A stretch of 64,000 nucleotides of DNA from the NCBI RefSeq assembly GCF_018977255.1, contig NW_024704742.1, forward strand, positions 87,856,001-87,920,000, in the 5' to 3' direction. Source of the DNA: Callorhinchus milii. Lineage: Eukaryota. Positions 62,423 through 64,000 of the stretch are shown here, piece by piece. A model generated the notes under the pieces. That model did no database searches. It was not told the origin of the DNA and saw nothing but the letters and a program-made list of their open reading frames with translations. Each line of letters opens with the position of its first letter. Position 1 is the stretch's first letter. The translations under genes and the position numbers were made by a program.

Positions 62423-62527
62423 CTTATCTTTGAAATCCACATGGTTCTCCAGTATAGCTCTCTGGTACGTGGCTGTCCCGATATAGTCCTGCAGCGTGTT
62501 CTGTTGTTGTGATAAACAGCCATGAAA
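62423..62527 (-). CDS. CARM1L: CARM1-like exon: [35 protein letters not shown]
   Basis: ttctcttag acceptor, GTGAGT donor, 105 nt; aligns without gaps to CARM1 [35 protein letters not shown]. Confidence 0.93.
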
Positions 62528-63312
62528 CTAAGAGAAAAAGAGCATTGCCGTGTGGCATTATTTCCTGCAGGATGAGACAGGACATTCAGGGTTGTTTGGT
62601 CTTGTGGTTTTGACAAAGCCATAGACACATGAACATTTACGGAAGGAAGTCTCTCTGCCCAATGGAGCCTACTGTCCATTCAATCCCACTGCCCAGCCCT
62701 ATCCCTGCAACCCTTCAAGCCTCTATCTTTCATGTACTTGTCTACTACCCTCTCGAAACCCGCAATGGATTCTGCTTCTCCCATCTTACTTGGAAGAGCA
62801 TTCCACGACCCAACAACAATTTGAATGAAAGAGAATCCTCCTAAGCTCTCCTTTCGCTCCTTGCCTTTATTTACTTACCAGTAACACTGAGAGCTTGAAT
62901 TTCCGAGATTTCCAAAAGGAATTGGTAAACAGGGAACATACAGATACCAGATCTGTCACAGGCTGACCCTCCTCCTCAGTTTCCACTTCTGGATTGCAAC
63001 TGCTGGGACATCGTGTCCGACCGGAGGTTCAGATCCCTTATTTACCAATCCACAGCCGATCACAGATCTGTACTTCTTCGCTTACCTCACACTGAGCTGT
63101 ACGCTCCCAGTCCCAAGCTCTCCACTGTTAGCTCATTCGAAGTCTGCAACTTGCATTTGTATAGTGCTATCAAAATGAAAGAATGCCTCAAAGCACTTTT
63201 TTAAAAAAAAACAAAGAATATGGAGCTAAAGGTTATTCGTAAGTAAGAGGAGATAAATTATAAGATAGTCAGTCGGATTTCTAATAGGAAGTTTAGGAAG
63301 ATAAAGTTTCAG

Positions 63313-63690
63313 TTATATGGAGAGACTAGAGAGGATGGTATTGTTCTCCTTAGAACAGAGAAGGTTAAGGGGAGGTTTAATAGAGGTGTTCAAACTTATG
63401 AGGGGTTTTGATAGAGTAAATAAGGAGAAACGGTTTCCTCTGACGAGGACCAGAGAGGAGTCAAGGAGAATTTTTTTTACCCACAGAGAGTTGTTATGGT
63501 CTGGGATGCATTGCCTGAAAGGGTGGTGAAAGCTGATTCGATGGTTGCTTTCAAAAGGGAATTGGATATGTACTTGAAAAGGAAAAATTTGCAGAGCTAT
63601 TAGGGTAAGAGCAAGGAGTAGGACTAGTTGGATAGCTCTTTCAAAGAGCCGGCATAGGCACAATGGGCCGAATGGCCTCCTTCTATGACT
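63313..63690 (+). mobile_element. CR1 LINE 3' fragment
   Basis: LFSLEQRRLRGGLIEVFKLMRGFDRV and CR1 3' UTR ATGGGCCGAATGGCCTCCTTCT; smaller CR1 pieces near 17010-17290(-), 22140-22330(+), 43370-43600(-), 48400-48560(+), 62640-62850(-). Confidence 0.85.
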
Positions 63691-64000
63691 GTATGGTTGG
63701 TGAAAGGGTGGAACTTGCTTCAGGAAGCTGCAGATGAGGCAAAAAGTATCAATGTATTCAAGAGAAAACTTTATGCATACTTGAGGGAGAGGGTATAGCA
63801 GGGGTGGGAGCTCTCTTGTAGTATAAACCCCAGCATGAACGAGTTGGACTGAACAGTCTGCTTCCGTGCTGTATCACTATGTAACTCTTTGTAAGATGGT
63901 AAATAGGACGTAGAAAATAAACCCAGAATAGTTGCACATAAGCCAAGACAGTATGACCAGAATGTGCAGGTTCAGGGGTTGTTAAACGTAATCTTTGGGA

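Noticed and set aside
62477..62524. RNA editing as a repair mechanism for the CARM1-like active-site codons
   Set aside because: CAT->TAT and ACG->ATG would fit C-to-U editing, but GGG->Arg and AGG->ATG cannot be produced by C-to-U or A-to-I editing.
63086..63143. Exon-like 58-nt segment with a GTAAGC donor upstream of the first visible CARM1-like exon
   Set aside because: Weak acceptor derived from a repeat tail, in-frame TGA, and no similarity to the expected ...EESSAVQYFQ exon, which must lie outside the window.

Overview
Vertebrate genomic DNA. The repeat landscape (Deu-domain tRNA-derived SINEs, L2 and CR1 LINE 3' ends, palindromic Penelope-like elements) points to a cartilaginous fish, possibly a holocephalan; this is inferred, not proven. 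Two minus-strand genes were reconstructed by hand from splice sites and reading phase. (1) A complete PUM3 (KIAA0020/Puf-A): a non-coding exon 1 plus 17 coding exons, CDS 30488->5700, 1935 nt = 644 aa, with a CpG/CCAAT/ETS/CRE promoter near 31 kb. (2) The 3' part of a CARM1-like PRMT gene: 9 in-frame exons from 62527 to 48226; the 5' exons lie beyond the window. The most striking observation is that this CARM1 paralog is intact and well conserved, yet carries substitutions at active-site residues (Y154H, M163T, R169G, N266H, M269R, mouse CARM1 numbering) and lacks the CARM1 C-terminal tail. It is therefore a candidate pseudoenzyme. Other leads: minimal hammerhead-ribozyme motifs in Penelope-like repeats, a multi-helix pseudoknotted intronic element, a TATA/CCAAT promoter nested at the CARM1-like 3' end, a C/D-box snoRNA-like segment in PUM3 intron 4, and an unclassified 3-copy repeat. 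Repeat boundaries are approximate.
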